Under the pieces are notes generated by a model. The model was not told where the DNA came from, did not search any database, and saw only the letters and a list, made by a program, of their open reading frames with translations. DNA of 64,000 nt from a virus (taxonomy: Duplodnaviria; Heunggongvirae; Uroviricota; Caudoviricetes): IMG/VR virus record IMGVR_UViG_3300027260_000002. One strand, 5' to 3'. The position numbers were made by a program, and so were the translations under genes. Positions 18,801 through 29,493 of the stretch are shown in pieces; position 1 is the stretch's first letter, and every line of letters begins with the position of its first letter.

Positions 18801-21616
18801 TTGTTGCTGGAGAAATAGTAAATCAATCTCAAGCAAATCTCAAGTTCTACGATCTGAAGGTTTCTTCTGGTGCATACAGCAACACGTATGATGCCAAGAC
18901 ATTTAGTTTGCAATCTCAGTACGAAGCCAACAGCGCATCAGAATTTATCTTCTATCGTAACATCACATCGTCGTTTAATCCTACGGACGAAGTCAACTCG
19001 AATACAGATTTTATTACAATCACTGGTAATGAGTTTGCAGCGAATGATCTTGTTCGTTACTTTACTGATAATGCGAATACGGCGGTGACAGGCCTATCAA
19101 ACAACAGTTTCTACTATGTCTTGGCATCGAATTCGACTGGCGTCACTCTCACAACTCAAGCGGCAAACACACTTGCCAAAGTGAATATTACACAGAGTTC
19201 GAATGTCGCAGAGTTTAACTCAAATACTAACGTACAAAACAGTAATGATTTTATTCAAATCGCGACTGCGAATACTTTATTTGCCAATGGCGGTCAAGTC
19301 AGATATGTTGTGACAGATGGTGTTGCAGCAGTTGATGGTCTCGAAGCGAATGCTCTCTACTATGTTCGCTATGCAAATAGCACTGGCTTAGCACTTTCAT
19401 TGACAGCCGGTGGAGCCAACGTAGATTTGACAGCAGCAAATCCTGGAAGTAATGGGCACTTCCTCAGAAATTACAATCCTGACTTGATTGGTCATCAGCT
19501 ACGTAGCTATACGAACGAGTTCGCTAATGGTCAAATCGTTCAGTACAGAATTCCGAATGGCAATACTGCTATCAGCGGTTTGACAGCGAATGCTGTTTAC
19601 TATGTTGTTGCTGCGAACAACGTAGGATTTAAATTAGCTTCTACTCTCAGTGGATCCGCAATCAACATTACTGCTAACTCGACAGGTGGCGAATCACATA
19701 CGATCGCAACTCTTCCAGGATATCTGCCAAAAGATAAGCTATTCCAAAATGTAGTTTCAACTTTTAACTCGAATACACAAGTTCAAAATAGCAATGATTT
19801 TATTTCAATAACATCGGCAAATAGTATCTTTGCAAATGGACAACAAATTACATATTCGACTGCAGCTGGAAATACCGCTGTTACTGGACTCACAAACAAT
19901 TCTTTATATTTTGTAAGATACGCAAATAGTACTGGTCTTGCTCTTTCAACCACATCTACTGGTTCTAATGTTGATATTACAGCTACTAGTGTATCAGAAA
20001 CTGGACACTTCCTTACTGCAAGTGTAGTTAATGCTACTGTTTCTTCAATCTTCTCCAACACTCATGAAAGTGTTGTACGCAATTATGTCAGAGTGACTGG
20101 AAACACTGCACCTATTACAAATAACGCTTTACTATATTCTTATACAGTACCTACCGCAAACGCGCTTATTTCGAGCGTAAGTCTTTTCGAGATTGTATCG
20201 ACTGCCAAAGCGATTGTAAAATCAAGTAACAGTTCGCAGATGCTTGCCAAGAGAATCACATTCGAAAATACTTGGTTGCCAAATGAGCCGATGATCGGCG
20301 AAGTTTCTGGCGCCGAAGCTGACGTAATAGGTGTGACTGAAGATATCACAGAATTGTATCCTATCGGATTGAATGCGGATATCACAGCAAACGTTGTGAC
20401 GTCAAACGGTGAAGTCACTGCTCTTCAAGTCATCGATTCAGGTTTTGCATATTCGAATGCAGAAATCGTTGACTTTGTATCAGAAGATAATCTGAGATCT
20501 GGAACCGCAAAGATGGTTCTCGACGGCCATGGCCTTGGAATCGGATATTACAGAAGCTCGAAAGGGTTCTTGTCTGACGATATCTACGTGCACGACGGAG
20601 ACTATTACCAAGAGTATTCTTATGAGATTCTTTCGAAAATCTCGGTAGATAGATATTCTGACATGTTCAAGAAAGTCATGCATATGGCTGGAACGAAGTT
20701 CTTTGGATCTGCATTGATCGTAGAAGAATCGAATGCCGCACTCGCTTTGACAAGCATTTCTACTGGGCAAGAAATCCAATTTAACTCGAATGACGACGTT
20801 TCGACTGTGAATGATACTATTCAGACCGACTTCGAAGATGTCAGTTTCAAGTTTAAGGTAATGGATGTCAACAATGATACTGATCTGATATCGTTAGGGA
20901 CTAATCCTTATTATACCACATTCCCACTAAATGTACATGATTATTTACAATATACTACGTCAGAAGCACAAACACTTGGTGTAGGAACTTCTTCGAGCCT
21001 ATCAAATAACGAATACTATTACGTAGTGTTCGCAAATACGACAGGCATCAAGATCTCTGAAACAAGAGGTGGAGATGCTCTGAATCTCAATACTGTTGCA
21101 ATCAGTAACACACTGGCATTGCATACATTGACGAAGGTTATTAATCCGTTTGCAAATGGCGACTTGGTTCTTTACACCACATCGAATACGGCTGTGCAAG
21201 CAAACGTGTCTCTATCGTTTGTAACAAATGCAATTACTTCAAATACTATTAGCGTAGCAAACAATCTGTTTAGAATAGGTGATGTTGTTAAGTATACAAA
21301 GAATGGTGGATCTACTGCTGTTGGTCTTGCAGAAGGCAGTGAATACTTCATTCGAAGCGCAAACGCTACTTCAATAAAGCTTGCGAACTCTATCGGTAAA
21401 GCGGTTAGCATTTATTCTAACTCAACGGCAGAAACGCACATTCTAAGAATTGAAAAACTTGCAAATAATCAAAATTATTATATTGTAAATACTACTCCAA
21501 ATACGGTGAAACTATCGTTAACCGCGAATGGAAGTCCTATAAATATAACAGCGAATGGTAGCACTAGCGGAGATATTAACGCTGGTCACTTCTTGACAAA
21601 GACGATAGAGGAATAA
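15824..21616 (+). CDS. gp7: Baseplate wedge initiator gp7-like, enlarged by repeated inserted modules
   Basis: N-terminus QFPSFYQEEG.NFIAF..AYYEW...YRDIDET...KGT.RS..LFFKL.Y; near the C-terminus DGDYYQEYSYEI.S...Y....KK..H.AGTKFFG. 1930 aa. Confidence 0.8.
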   Translation: MKNIEKRISPLIQSQFPSFYQEEGENFIAFTRAYYEWLESTNNPLYHTRRLPSYRDIDETTDDFIVHFKEKYLKNIQFDTATNKKLLVKNSLDLYRAKGTERSIDLFFKLVYGTAAEVQYPAEKIFRLSDGVYEKPEYLEIGYSIYNIDYVGKQVVGQLSGAKAFVEKYIRRRVGKGFVNLLYISGRQGEFRNGEVIGLNINNEPVFDITKRSKLVGSVKRVTVQTRGRDFTVGDIVRFTNSDRGLGGLARVESTNSAAGLVDFIFIDGGYGYTLNAESIVSEKVLNLNEVTADFTAENYYRLFERGVQPVVNIGYSAATSNVSVGNTVYRYAANGMLAAQGRVLEVAPSSNTNGFISVSHTSGVFVPSAIYYTGTNNTGTSFTASTLTDKSMSGKFMNIPTDYAVIITSPSATFSVGDVVQQQNAGYITASGTVANVIQLEGEVQLTLTNARGAFKNSKRMADWDYKVGTGTITTSTTSNVVTGTSTAFNNNYINSTLYVTGNVAVGNVISVTNSTSLILSANASANAVGNAHNYGLTYKLINQTNNQIFANVSYVNLNAGLYDIKKQVHVIAFDECSSNNVTFANNIYIYNSANAIVAEGTVITANYASGSNSGTLTFLSRKGYWNETDTVYTAANADNFKITSYSLDITGGDYVRSFPSKIVAPLSNTTANISSISFGTGAGFGVGTIGETEVIFIGTDLIAANSQDTLDYSRLQLSVTANTGFDEGQRVYQQIRKVSFNPSTAANATTGFITITNANTYYIAGDRVTYEVATGNTVISGLESGKPYYVAFSNTTGLILSSPANKYIHINSTSFPGESFANTSFNIPAFAATRANESGHFLYKTAHATLYDVTGTNLLIKDPIRDFGFTNTTSTPSNSNIIVYGNNLVNTAITAVTELSTIAQANQVFASEFISSDAFGFPKNPQGNLLDNLYACLTFGRFEIGIIGSLNQINPGEDYNVDPFVLAHQPYISGFDRKDFVITFENATRNFVAGEIVNQSQANLKFYDLKVSSGAYSNTYDAKTFSLQSQYEANSASEFIFYRNITSSFNPTDEVNSNTDFITITGNEFAANDLVRYFTDNANTAVTGLSNNSFYYVLASNSTGVTLTTQAANTLAKVNITQSSNVAEFNSNTNVQNSNDFIQIATANTLFANGGQVRYVVTDGVAAVDGLEANALYYVRYANSTGLALSLTAGGANVDLTAANPGSNGHFLRNYNPDLIGHQLRSYTNEFANGQIVQYRIPNGNTAISGLTANAVYYVVAANNVGFKLASTLSGSAINITANSTGGESHTIATLPGYLPKDKLFQNVVSTFNSNTQVQNSNDFISITSANSIFANGQQITYSTAAGNTAVTGLTNNSLYFVRYANSTGLALSTTSTGSNVDITATSVSETGHFLTASVVNATVSSIFSNTHESVVRNYVRVTGNTAPITNNALLYSYTVPTANALISSVSLFEIVSTAKAIVKSSNSSQMLAKRITFENTWLPNEPMIGEVSGAEADVIGVTEDITELYPIGLNADITANVVTSNGEVTALQVIDSGFAYSNAEIVDFVSEDNLRSGTAKMVLDGHGLGIGYYRSSKGFLSDDIYVHDGDYYQEYSYEILSKISVDRYSDMFKKVMHMAGTKFFGSALIVEESNAALALTSISTGQEIQFNSNDDVSTVNDTIQTDFEDVSFKFKVMDVNNDTDLISLGTNPYYTTFPLNVHDYLQYTTSEAQTLGVGTSSSLSNNEYYYVVFANTTGIKISETRGGDALNLNTVAISNTLALHTLTKVINPFANGDLVLYTTSNTAVQANVSLSFVTNAITSNTISVANNLFRIGDVVKYTKNGGSTAVGLAEGSEYFIRSANATSIKLANSIGKAVSIYSNSTAETHILRIEKLANNQNYYIVNTTPNTVKLSLTANGSPINITANGSTSGDINAGHFLTKTIEE
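18040..21606 (+). repeat. About 8 copies of a ~70-85 aa beta-rich module inside gp7 (F-N...DFI.I...F.NG..V.Y....GL.NN..YYV..AN.TG..L...G..I.IT...H.L)
   Basis: Copies are visible in the translation at approximately 18040, 18970, 19210, 19510, 19760, 20850, and as a nested pair at 21140-21606. Confidence 0.8.
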
Positions 21617-24049
21617 ATGGCAGTAACTCAAAAACTCATTACGAGTAGTTTTAATGTAGCGGCAGCTGCAAACTTCATGAATAGCTTTGCTAACAATGAT
21701 TACTTTGTGTATGCCGCTCGTCATATTCCTTATGCTAACAGCGACACGATTATTCCTGTTCCGAATAATAGCATTCGTGATACAGACACGAACGTCTATG
21801 ACAATATGATCTTCGCGAAGAGAATTTCTTCTGATGATGTAGTTCATATGGCGAAAAAGAATCTGTGGGAATCAAACACACACTATGCGATGTATGATCA
21901 TCTTGACGGCGATCTTGAAACCAAGAACTTCTTTATCACTGTCGACGACGATACAGAGTACAACGTTTGGAAGTGCTTGTTCAACAAAAGCACTGATACT
22001 ATCAATGTAAATTCGACTGTTGCACCTTCTCGTGTAGGTAGTGCCGCCGATCTCAATCCTGTCGAAACAGGTGACGGATATGTATGGAAATACATGTACA
22101 CCATCACAAAATCTCAGTATGAAAAGTTTGCTACTTCGCAATACGTTCCTATCATTGCCAACACCTCGGTCATTGATGGCGCTACTCGAGGAACGATTGA
22201 AGTCATTAAGGTAGAAGATCCTGGTGCAGGTTATGACAACTATATTGCCAGTGCCACACTCTTAACAGCCGATATCACCGTACAAGGTATTCCTACATTT
22301 TATGGTGCACCAGCAACTGCAGTATCGATCGATGACTACTATCAAGGTTGTGTCATGAAGATGACTTCGGGTCTTGCTATCGGTGAGTATCGAAGAATCG
22401 TTAACTATGAAGGCACTTCTGCACAGAAGAAATTTATTCTTGATTCCTCGTTTATTAATACTCCTTCTGCTGGAGATACTTATGAAGTATATCCATATGC
22501 ATTCGTTTGGGGAGATGGCGAAGAATCGACTCCCGCAGAAGGAATTGTATATATCGATGCGGCATCTACAAATTCCGTGAATAGAGTCGAATTGCTAGCG
22601 GTAGGAGAAAACTATCGAAAGGCTGAATCATATGTTTCTGAACAGCCTATTACTATTCCTCCATCTATTTTCGACGAAACATTTATTCAGCTTCCACCGG
22701 TCGTATCAAGCTCTACGTACTTTGCACCAGCATCATTGCGTCCAATTATTTCTCCAAAGAATGGCCATGGCTCAGATCCTTACAATGAACTCTTTGCAAA
22801 AAGAATATGCATCAGCGCCAAGTTTAATAACAGCGAGAGCGGTATCATTTCAACAGAAAATGATTTTCGACAAGTCGGAGTAATTAAGAATCCGACCTTT
22901 ACAAAGGTCGATATGAATATCAACAATGTAATTGGACCAGGTTTTTCTGTTGGTGAGAAAGTCTATCAATATAGAAAGTTAAAGCTGCACGGCAACGTTT
23001 CAATTACAGCAGCTAGCACGACGATTGAAAAGACAGACTTCGGCCTTCTTTCGACTACTGCTACTATTGTAAGTGGTGGAACAGGATACAATAGCACTGC
23101 GAATAATCAACTCGTCTTTAACAATTCTGGAACTGATGGAACAGGTGCAGCAGGCACATTCGCAAATAACGGTTCAGGAGTTATTACATCTGTTACAATT
23201 ACTAACGCAGGTTCTGGATATACTTCAGCTCCTCTCGTTACGATCAACGGAGATGCAAGTGTATCAGGATCGAACGGAGTTATTACTGTAGCTCTTAGAA
23301 ATCCAGATGCTCCTACTTACAAAGATGCCTTTGAAGTTGGCGACTATGTTCTTGTCACAGACGGTTCGAACAACTATATCTCGACAGTAGCCAACGTTCC
23401 ACAAGACTATCGTATTACGACTGCAAATACCAACAGCTCGTTTACGGCAGAAGATTGTGAAGTGTCAGCTATCGTCGTAGAAGCGAGCGGCATCGTATCG
23501 TTCTCTGGATCAAGTCAAATTGAATTGTCAAATGTTGCAGGAGTATTTACTTCTGGAAGTCGTATCATCGGTGTTGGTGGTATGTCAGGAGACACCGTAG
23601 TTCCTGTGTCGGGTACGACAGCATCTATTACTGGAACGATTGAAATCAACGACAGAGTAGCGAGTTCATTCAACTACTCTCGCCAGCTAACTCGATTGAT
23701 TGGCACATTTAGCACCGGCGGAGTACCGTTCCTCGAAGACGAAGAGATTAAGCAAGAAAGTCTGATTTCATATGCGCAGCCGCGCGGCAGAGTCCACCAT
23801 CTCGATGAGATCGACGGCGCTTCTGATATATTGTGGATTAGTAATAAATCAGGCATCTTTAACCTTGATGCGCGTGGAGTCATAGATATCGCAGGAGTAG
23901 TATCTTCTGCAGAGCTTTCCCCATTATTGAATAAATACAATGGAGACTTTGTAGTCGGTAGCGGCGAGGTTCTTTACTTAGAGAATCTTGATCCTATCGC
24001 TCGTAACGATAACAAATCAGAAATTATAAAGATAGTATTGGAGTTTTAA
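21617..24049 (+). CDS. gp8: Baseplate wedge subunit gp8-like (with insertions)
   Basis: DNMIFAKRI...W...T.Y.MYD....FF..V....YNVWKCLFN...DGYVWKYMYTI...KF....YVP; GHGSDP..EL; ENDFRQVG.IKNP; C-terminal GEVLYLEN..PI.R...SE.IKIVLEF. Confidence 0.85.
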   Translation: MAVTQKLITSSFNVAAAANFMNSFANNDYFVYAARHIPYANSDTIIPVPNNSIRDTDTNVYDNMIFAKRISSDDVVHMAKKNLWESNTHYAMYDHLDGDLETKNFFITVDDDTEYNVWKCLFNKSTDTINVNSTVAPSRVGSAADLNPVETGDGYVWKYMYTITKSQYEKFATSQYVPIIANTSVIDGATRGTIEVIKVEDPGAGYDNYIASATLLTADITVQGIPTFYGAPATAVSIDDYYQGCVMKMTSGLAIGEYRRIVNYEGTSAQKKFILDSSFINTPSAGDTYEVYPYAFVWGDGEESTPAEGIVYIDAASTNSVNRVELLAVGENYRKAESYVSEQPITIPPSIFDETFIQLPPVVSSSTYFAPASLRPIISPKNGHGSDPYNELFAKRICISAKFNNSESGIISTENDFRQVGVIKNPTFTKVDMNINNVIGPGFSVGEKVYQYRKLKLHGNVSITAASTTIEKTDFGLLSTTATIVSGGTGYNSTANNQLVFNNSGTDGTGAAGTFANNGSGVITSVTITNAGSGYTSAPLVTINGDASVSGSNGVITVALRNPDAPTYKDAFEVGDYVLVTDGSNNYISTVANVPQDYRITTANTNSSFTAEDCEVSAIVVEASGIVSFSGSSQIELSNVAGVFTSGSRIIGVGGMSGDTVVPVSGTTASITGTIEINDRVASSFNYSRQLTRLIGTFSTGGVPFLEDEEIKQESLISYAQPRGRVHHLDEIDGASDILWISNKSGIFNLDARGVIDIAGVVSSAELSPLLNKYNGDFVVGSGEVLYLENLDPIARNDNKSEIIKIVLEF

Positions 24050-24053
24050 TTAA

Positions 24054-27000
24054 ATGGCTCTGGAAACCAACCTAAACGTATCTCCTTATTTTGATGACTT
24101 CGACGTCAAGAAGGACTTTTATAAAGTCTTGTTCCAGCCCGGTGTCGCAGTCCAAGCCCGTGAGCTTAACCAGCTCCAGTCAATCTTGCAAAATCAAATT
24201 GAGAAGTTTGGTGACAACGTATTTAAGCGTGGCACAATCATCGATGGTTGTACGATTACTAAGCATGATAAAGTTCCTTATATCAAGATCAACGATCTAA
24301 CGACCGATGGTCTACAAGTCGATGTCACTCTTTATAACAACCTATATGTCAAGAACGCCGCAAATGTCGAAGCATACATTGTAAAGACGACCGCTGGTCT
24401 GCAATCTCGTTCACCAGATTTGAACACGCTGTTTGTGAACTACATCAGTTCAGGAACAGATTTCGAAACAGATTCTTTTGCAGCAGATGAAACTCTTACG
24501 GTTTTCAATAAGTCTTATCCTATCTTCAATATCAAAGTAAACGATGGCGCTTCGAAGTTTAGTAATAGCGACACGGTTGTAGTGATGTCGGCACTTGCTG
24601 TACAAAATAGTACAGGTGGTGCTGCAGCTGCTGCAAGCTTTGTGGCCGGATCTGTAATTCAGAACGGCGTTGCAAATGCCGTGATTATCGAAGCGAATAC
24701 AACTGCTAATAGCTCTGCTCTTATCTTGAAGGTGAGACCAGAATATCCTGATCTTATTTCTGCAAATACGATTAAGTTCCGATTTGCAGCTGGCGAGCAG
24801 ATTCGTAATTTCGGATCTGGTGTATCTGCGAACGTAGTTGCAATTGTTGGTTCGGGTGCAGTTGGTTCACTTACAACAGACAGTCTAGGTAAAGTCACAG
24901 CTGTTCAGATCATTGGACAAGGTTCAGGTTACTACGTAGAGCCACATGTTACCATCGCAAATAACTCGACCACTTCTACATTTACTGCCACCGAATTAGG
25001 CGAGCTTGAGCTCGCAGCAGAAACATTCCTTGCTACGATTCAAGTGGCAAACGCAACAACCGTTCCTATCGGAACTGGTTATGGTGTTACGATCGGCGAA
25101 GGCACAATCTATCAGAAGGGTTTCTTCTCGAGAGTTGCTTCTCAGTTCGAGGTTGTAAACAAGTATTCGAATACTGGCTTTGATAAGTCTGTTGGTTTCT
25201 ATACAAATGAAAGCATTGTTAACTCAAATCAAGATCAGTCGCTTCTTGACAATGCCACCGGTACTTTCAACTTTGCTGCTCCTGGCGCAGATCGTCTGAA
25301 GTTGACACCAGTCATCAGCGTACTGACAAAAGCCGAAGCCGATGCAAACTCAGAATTCCTTCCAATCATCGAGTTCACAGACGGTCGTCCGTATCGTGTA
25401 AATCAAGACACTGTCTATAATGTCATTGGCCGTCAACTCGCAGCAAGAACTTACGAAGAATCTGGCAACTATGTCATCGATCAGTTCCTTACACTGACGA
25501 AAGATTCTGGAACGTTCTCAGATACTGCAAGTCTTGTGAAGATGAACATTGATCCGGGTAAAGCTTATATCAATGGTATTCGTATTGAAACTATCGACAA
25601 CTATAAGCAAAACATGAATAAGGGTACGACGAAGCTAAATGATCCTGCTTCGCAAACTCGTCTCGGTTACGGTAACTACTTCGAAGTCGACGAACTTGCC
25701 GGTTCGTTCAACTTTGACATTGGTGGTCAAGTAGATCTTTATGGATCTCCTGCAAATTATATTAGTACTGGATCGACTACAATTTCCCCGGTAGGAACGA
25801 AGATTGGTACTGCAAGACTTCGTACTTTTGCTTATCAGAGCGGAGATGTCGGTAATGCGAATGCCGTATACAGAATGTATCTCTTTGACATTAAGATGAA
25901 CGGCGGTTCAAATACTAAGGACGTAAGAAGCATCTACTATAGCAGTGGCAATAAAGCAATTGCTGACGTAGTAATTGATGCTACTCTTGGAGCAGTACTT
26001 CGAGATACTTCAGACTCATCGCTTCTTTTCAAGTTAAAGAATGCTACGTCGAATGTTTCTAACATCACATATCAATACAGAACCATTAACACAACTGAAA
26101 CTTCTAATTCTGACGGTTATGTTGTTTTAAATCTTTCATCAAATGAATATTTCCCGTATACAGAAGAGCTGAATACTTCTGAGAAACGCGATTTGATTGT
26201 AATTCCTAATGGTAACTTCAAGTCTCAGATAACCGCAACAGGCACTATTAGTACTGCTAATAATACGACTGCTAATGTTGTAGGAACTGGTTCATTATTT
26301 ACTACACAATTTTCTCCTGGAGATTATGTTCTTCTTGCAAATTCTACGGCTGGAAATACGGCTGTGGCCCAAATCGCATCAATTGCAAACAGCACCTTGA
26401 TGACTCTCGCCACTGCTCCAGGAAAAACATATTCTGGTGGTAGCATTACTCTTTATTATCCACAAAATATTCCGATCTCACTGACAAACAAAGCTACGAA
26501 GTGGGCGAACGTTGATAGTTCGAACAGTCAAGTCATGACGATCTACTTCGGTAATAATGTCGCGAATGCTACTTCAAATGCCGCCGCTTCGATGCCTGTT
26601 TCGGTTGTCTATAATGCGCAAAGAAACAATGTAAGCTCAGCGGCGAAGACGTCAAATCGTGGCAACTATGCAAGAATTCGTATTGCAAATAACAACAGCG
26701 CAGGTATTCAAGGACCATGGCCGCTCGGTGTATCTGACGTATATCGCCTTCGTGGAGTATACAAGAAAGACGCGACTGCTCAAGATATTACGTTTAACGT
26801 AGCCACAGATATTACAGGATCAGGAACCGCTAACGCGTTTATTACTATCACGAATAACCCATTCGCGAATGGTGATTCTCTTCTATATTCGAATGCTGCA
26901 GGTGTCGGAGTACTCGGCGGCCTTGCAAATGCTACCACATACTTTGCCGTATATGCAAATACATCTGGATTCGCACTCTCTGCTACTCGCGGTGGAGCAA

Positions 27001-29447
27001 ATCTTACACTGACTTCAAACAGTACTTCTGCGCATAAGTTTACTGGCAATACGATGTACTTCACCGAGAATACATTCGGTGTTACAGACGTTACGAATCA
27101 GTTTTATATTGACAGCGGACAAAATGAAGATTTCCTTGATATTTCGAAGCTTGTCAGAAAGCCAAGATACGATTCGCTTGCTGCGAATGATATTCTTCTT
27201 GTAAAGTTTGATGCGTTTCAATCTGCATCAGGTGTCAAGACGATCTCTTCCTATACCATTAACGACAGTGCAAATCTTGCTTCGCTTGTCAGCGATACAA
27301 GCATTAACACGATGGAACTTCCAGAATTTCAAGGAAAAACTGGAATTTATTATGACGTAAGAGATTGTGTAGATCTTCGTCCATCGGCTGCAAATACAAT
27401 TAACTATGTGACTGATATTTCTTCAGTTGCGGCTGGTGCAAACGCTGCGTCGATTATCAATCCTACGCTTCCTTCGAATACAAACTACTTCTCTTCGGCT
27501 AGCGCATTTTTCCCTGTGCCTAACTCTACATTGTCTGCAAATGTAAGTTCTTATCTTGGAAGAGTTGATCGAGTTATTATCAATTCGATAGGTGGTTTTG
27601 AAATCAAAAACGGCGAACCAGGCATTTCTCCTGTTCTTCCACCGGCACAAGATAGCTCGCTTACTCTACAAATATACAACATTCCGCCATATCCTTCTCT
27701 TCCAGAAGTGCTTTCTGCTGAGATGATTGCTATCACAGATACAAAGGTGACGAGCGCCATTTCTGGAAAAAGAAAGAGCACCTATACTATTAAGCCTTCA
27801 ATCAGCGCTTCTCAAAGAACTCGCATTCAGCAACGTCGTTATACGATGGCTGATATCGGTAGCCTTGATAGAAGAATTAAAGATCTGGAATATTACGTAT
27901 CGTTTACTCTTGCTGAAGCTTTGGCAAAATCAAGATTTATTCCGAGTGGTTTAGATGCGGCTCTTGATAGATTTAAGTTTGGATTCTTCGTAGATCCTTT
28001 CACCGACTATGTTTATGCAGACATCGGAAGCCCAGAATTTTATGCTACTATTAAAAACGACCAGCTTGGTCCATATCTGAGAGAGTTAAATCTTCAGTTT
28101 AAGCCAGATGGCACAGGACAAGAAGATGGCATTCTGACACTTCCATATAACGAGTTTGTGATTGGAGAACAGAGCGTCGCGACTGCAGGCCCTCTTCCAG
28201 TTGCAAATACTGCTGCAAATACTGCTGCAAATACAACTGGAAATGTGGTTGTTACTACTGTTACTCAAAGAATAGAATCAACAGTAGCAAGAGAAAGAAG
28301 CACGAGCGTTTCGGATTCTGGTACAGTGTTCGAAGAATTCGTTTATCGATTCAGCAGTCTTTCTGGACCAGCAGAACTTTATGTAGTTTCTCGCGACAAT
28401 GCCATTTCGGCAACTGTCTATCAAGGAGCTTCAGAAAATGGTCCATGGACAGCCACACAAACTTCTGCATCAGCAGCTTCTATTACTAGCGCTGATATTG
28501 CCAGACTCTATCAAATAAATCAACTGAATGATGGTCGCGGAGTCGAGCATGTTGGAAGCATAGAGCGTAAGTCATATCCAACCGGTATCGATTCTGGTAC
28601 TTTCCTTGAAGATCAATTTAAGATCACATGGACGCATGATCCTGCTGCAGGCCAATATGCAAAAGTGAGAATATACAAGGGTAAGAAACGCGGTGGTCTA
28701 TTTGGTGGACAAGGTAGAACAGGAACTTATGGTTATCTTCTACAATATCCTACAGATTCTGTAACAACTTCGACAATTACGGTAGCGAATCCAAATACGT
28801 TTGAATATACGGGCGCTGTACATAACATAAACCCGAGTTCATTCACAATTACCAATTCGATGTTTAATTATTTCGACTTCGACAGAGGATTTGATCAACA
28901 ATACATCGCTGATTCTCAGAAGTTTGTAATTTCTGTATCTGGCTTGAAGCCGAATACAAATCATACGTTTACGTTTGATGGAGAAAACAGAACTTCGAAG
29001 TGTTCACAAGTAAGAACGTCAACGACGAATACTACTGGTCTTCGAAGCGACGAAAACGGCATTATGACATTCGATTTTTATTATGATGCTGGTCTCGATG
29101 AAGCGGCAACTGATGTTACGGCACAAAACCGCATCATCTCTAATATTGCTGGACAAAAACGATTTGTAATTGAAAACACTGATGGAACTTCGAGAGCAGC
29201 AGGCGCAATTACTCTTGCCTACTACTCTAATCTTCCTGCTACAAACACTAATAATCTGAATGTTACTGCTTCAACCACTTCTACTTCTGTTGCACAAGCT
29301 GATGCCAGAACGAACACTCAGAGTGGTGGCGGAGGTAATGCAACTGAATCAGCAGTTGATACATTCATTGATCCAAGTGGTACTTACAACGTGCTTAGAC
29401 TCGATCTTCGAAACTTTGAATCGCAGATAAATTTCAATATACCATAA
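24054..29447 (+). CDS. VrlC/DUF4815-like large baseplate/fibre-attachment structural protein (N-terminal part)
   Basis: NLNVSPYFDDFD..K.FYKVLF.PG.AVQARELNQLQSILQNQIEKFG; APGADRLKL; RTYEESGNY; RRYTM.DIG.L..RI..LEYY; RFK.GFFVD.F. Confidence 0.85.
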   Translation: MALETNLNVSPYFDDFDVKKDFYKVLFQPGVAVQARELNQLQSILQNQIEKFGDNVFKRGTIIDGCTITKHDKVPYIKINDLTTDGLQVDVTLYNNLYVKNAANVEAYIVKTTAGLQSRSPDLNTLFVNYISSGTDFETDSFAADETLTVFNKSYPIFNIKVNDGASKFSNSDTVVVMSALAVQNSTGGAAAAASFVAGSVIQNGVANAVIIEANTTANSSALILKVRPEYPDLISANTIKFRFAAGEQIRNFGSGVSANVVAIVGSGAVGSLTTDSLGKVTAVQIIGQGSGYYVEPHVTIANNSTTSTFTATELGELELAAETFLATIQVANATTVPIGTGYGVTIGEGTIYQKGFFSRVASQFEVVNKYSNTGFDKSVGFYTNESIVNSNQDQSLLDNATGTFNFAAPGADRLKLTPVISVLTKAEADANSEFLPIIEFTDGRPYRVNQDTVYNVIGRQLAARTYEESGNYVIDQFLTLTKDSGTFSDTASLVKMNIDPGKAYINGIRIETIDNYKQNMNKGTTKLNDPASQTRLGYGNYFEVDELAGSFNFDIGGQVDLYGSPANYISTGSTTISPVGTKIGTARLRTFAYQSGDVGNANAVYRMYLFDIKMNGGSNTKDVRSIYYSSGNKAIADVVIDATLGAVLRDTSDSSLLFKLKNATSNVSNITYQYRTINTTETSNSDGYVVLNLSSNEYFPYTEELNTSEKRDLIVIPNGNFKSQITATGTISTANNTTANVVGTGSLFTTQFSPGDYVLLANSTAGNTAVAQIASIANSTLMTLATAPGKTYSGGSITLYYPQNIPISLTNKATKWANVDSSNSQVMTIYFGNNVANATSNAAASMPVSVVYNAQRNNVSSAAKTSNRGNYARIRIANNNSAGIQGPWPLGVSDVYRLRGVYKKDATAQDITFNVATDITGSGTANAFITITNNPFANGDSLLYSNAAGVGVLGGLANATTYFAVYANTSGFALSATRGGANLTLTSNSTSAHKFTGNTMYFTENTFGVTDVTNQFYIDSGQNEDFLDISKLVRKPRYDSLAANDILLVKFDAFQSASGVKTISSYTINDSANLASLVSDTSINTMELPEFQGKTGIYYDVRDCVDLRPSAANTINYVTDISSVAAGANAASIINPTLPSNTNYFSSASAFFPVPNSTLSANVSSYLGRVDRVIINSIGGFEIKNGEPGISPVLPPAQDSSLTLQIYNIPPYPSLPEVLSAEMIAITDTKVTSAISGKRKSTYTIKPSISASQRTRIQQRRYTMADIGSLDRRIKDLEYYVSFTLAEALAKSRFIPSGLDAALDRFKFGFFVDPFTDYVYADIGSPEFYATIKNDQLGPYLRELNLQFKPDGTGQEDGILTLPYNEFVIGEQSVATAGPLPVANTAANTAANTTGNVVVTTVTQRIESTVARERSTSVSDSGTVFEEFVYRFSSLSGPAELYVVSRDNAISATVYQGASENGPWTATQTSASAASITSADIARLYQINQLNDGRGVEHVGSIERKSYPTGIDSGTFLEDQFKITWTHDPAAGQYAKVRIYKGKKRGGLFGGQGRTGTYGYLLQYPTDSVTTSTITVANPNTFEYTGAVHNINPSSFTITNSMFNYFDFDRGFDQQYIADSQKFVISVSGLKPNTNHTFTFDGENRTSKCSQVRTSTTNTTGLRSDENGIMTFDFYYDAGLDEAATDVTAQNRIISNIAGQKRFVIENTDGTSRAAGAITLAYYSNLPATNTNNLNVTASTTSTSVAQADARTNTQSGGGGNATESAVDTFIDPSGTYNVLRLDLRNFESQINFNIP

Positions 29448-29463
29448 GATCAACAGAGTGGTA

Positions 29464-29471
29464 GATAAATA
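29464..29471 (+). promoter_or_regulatory. Late-promoter-like element (GATAAATA)
   Basis: One mismatch to TATAAATA, in the 46-nt gap before the 704-aa gene. Confidence 0.55.
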
Positions 29472-29493
29472 ATAAAAATAAAAGAGGAAATGC

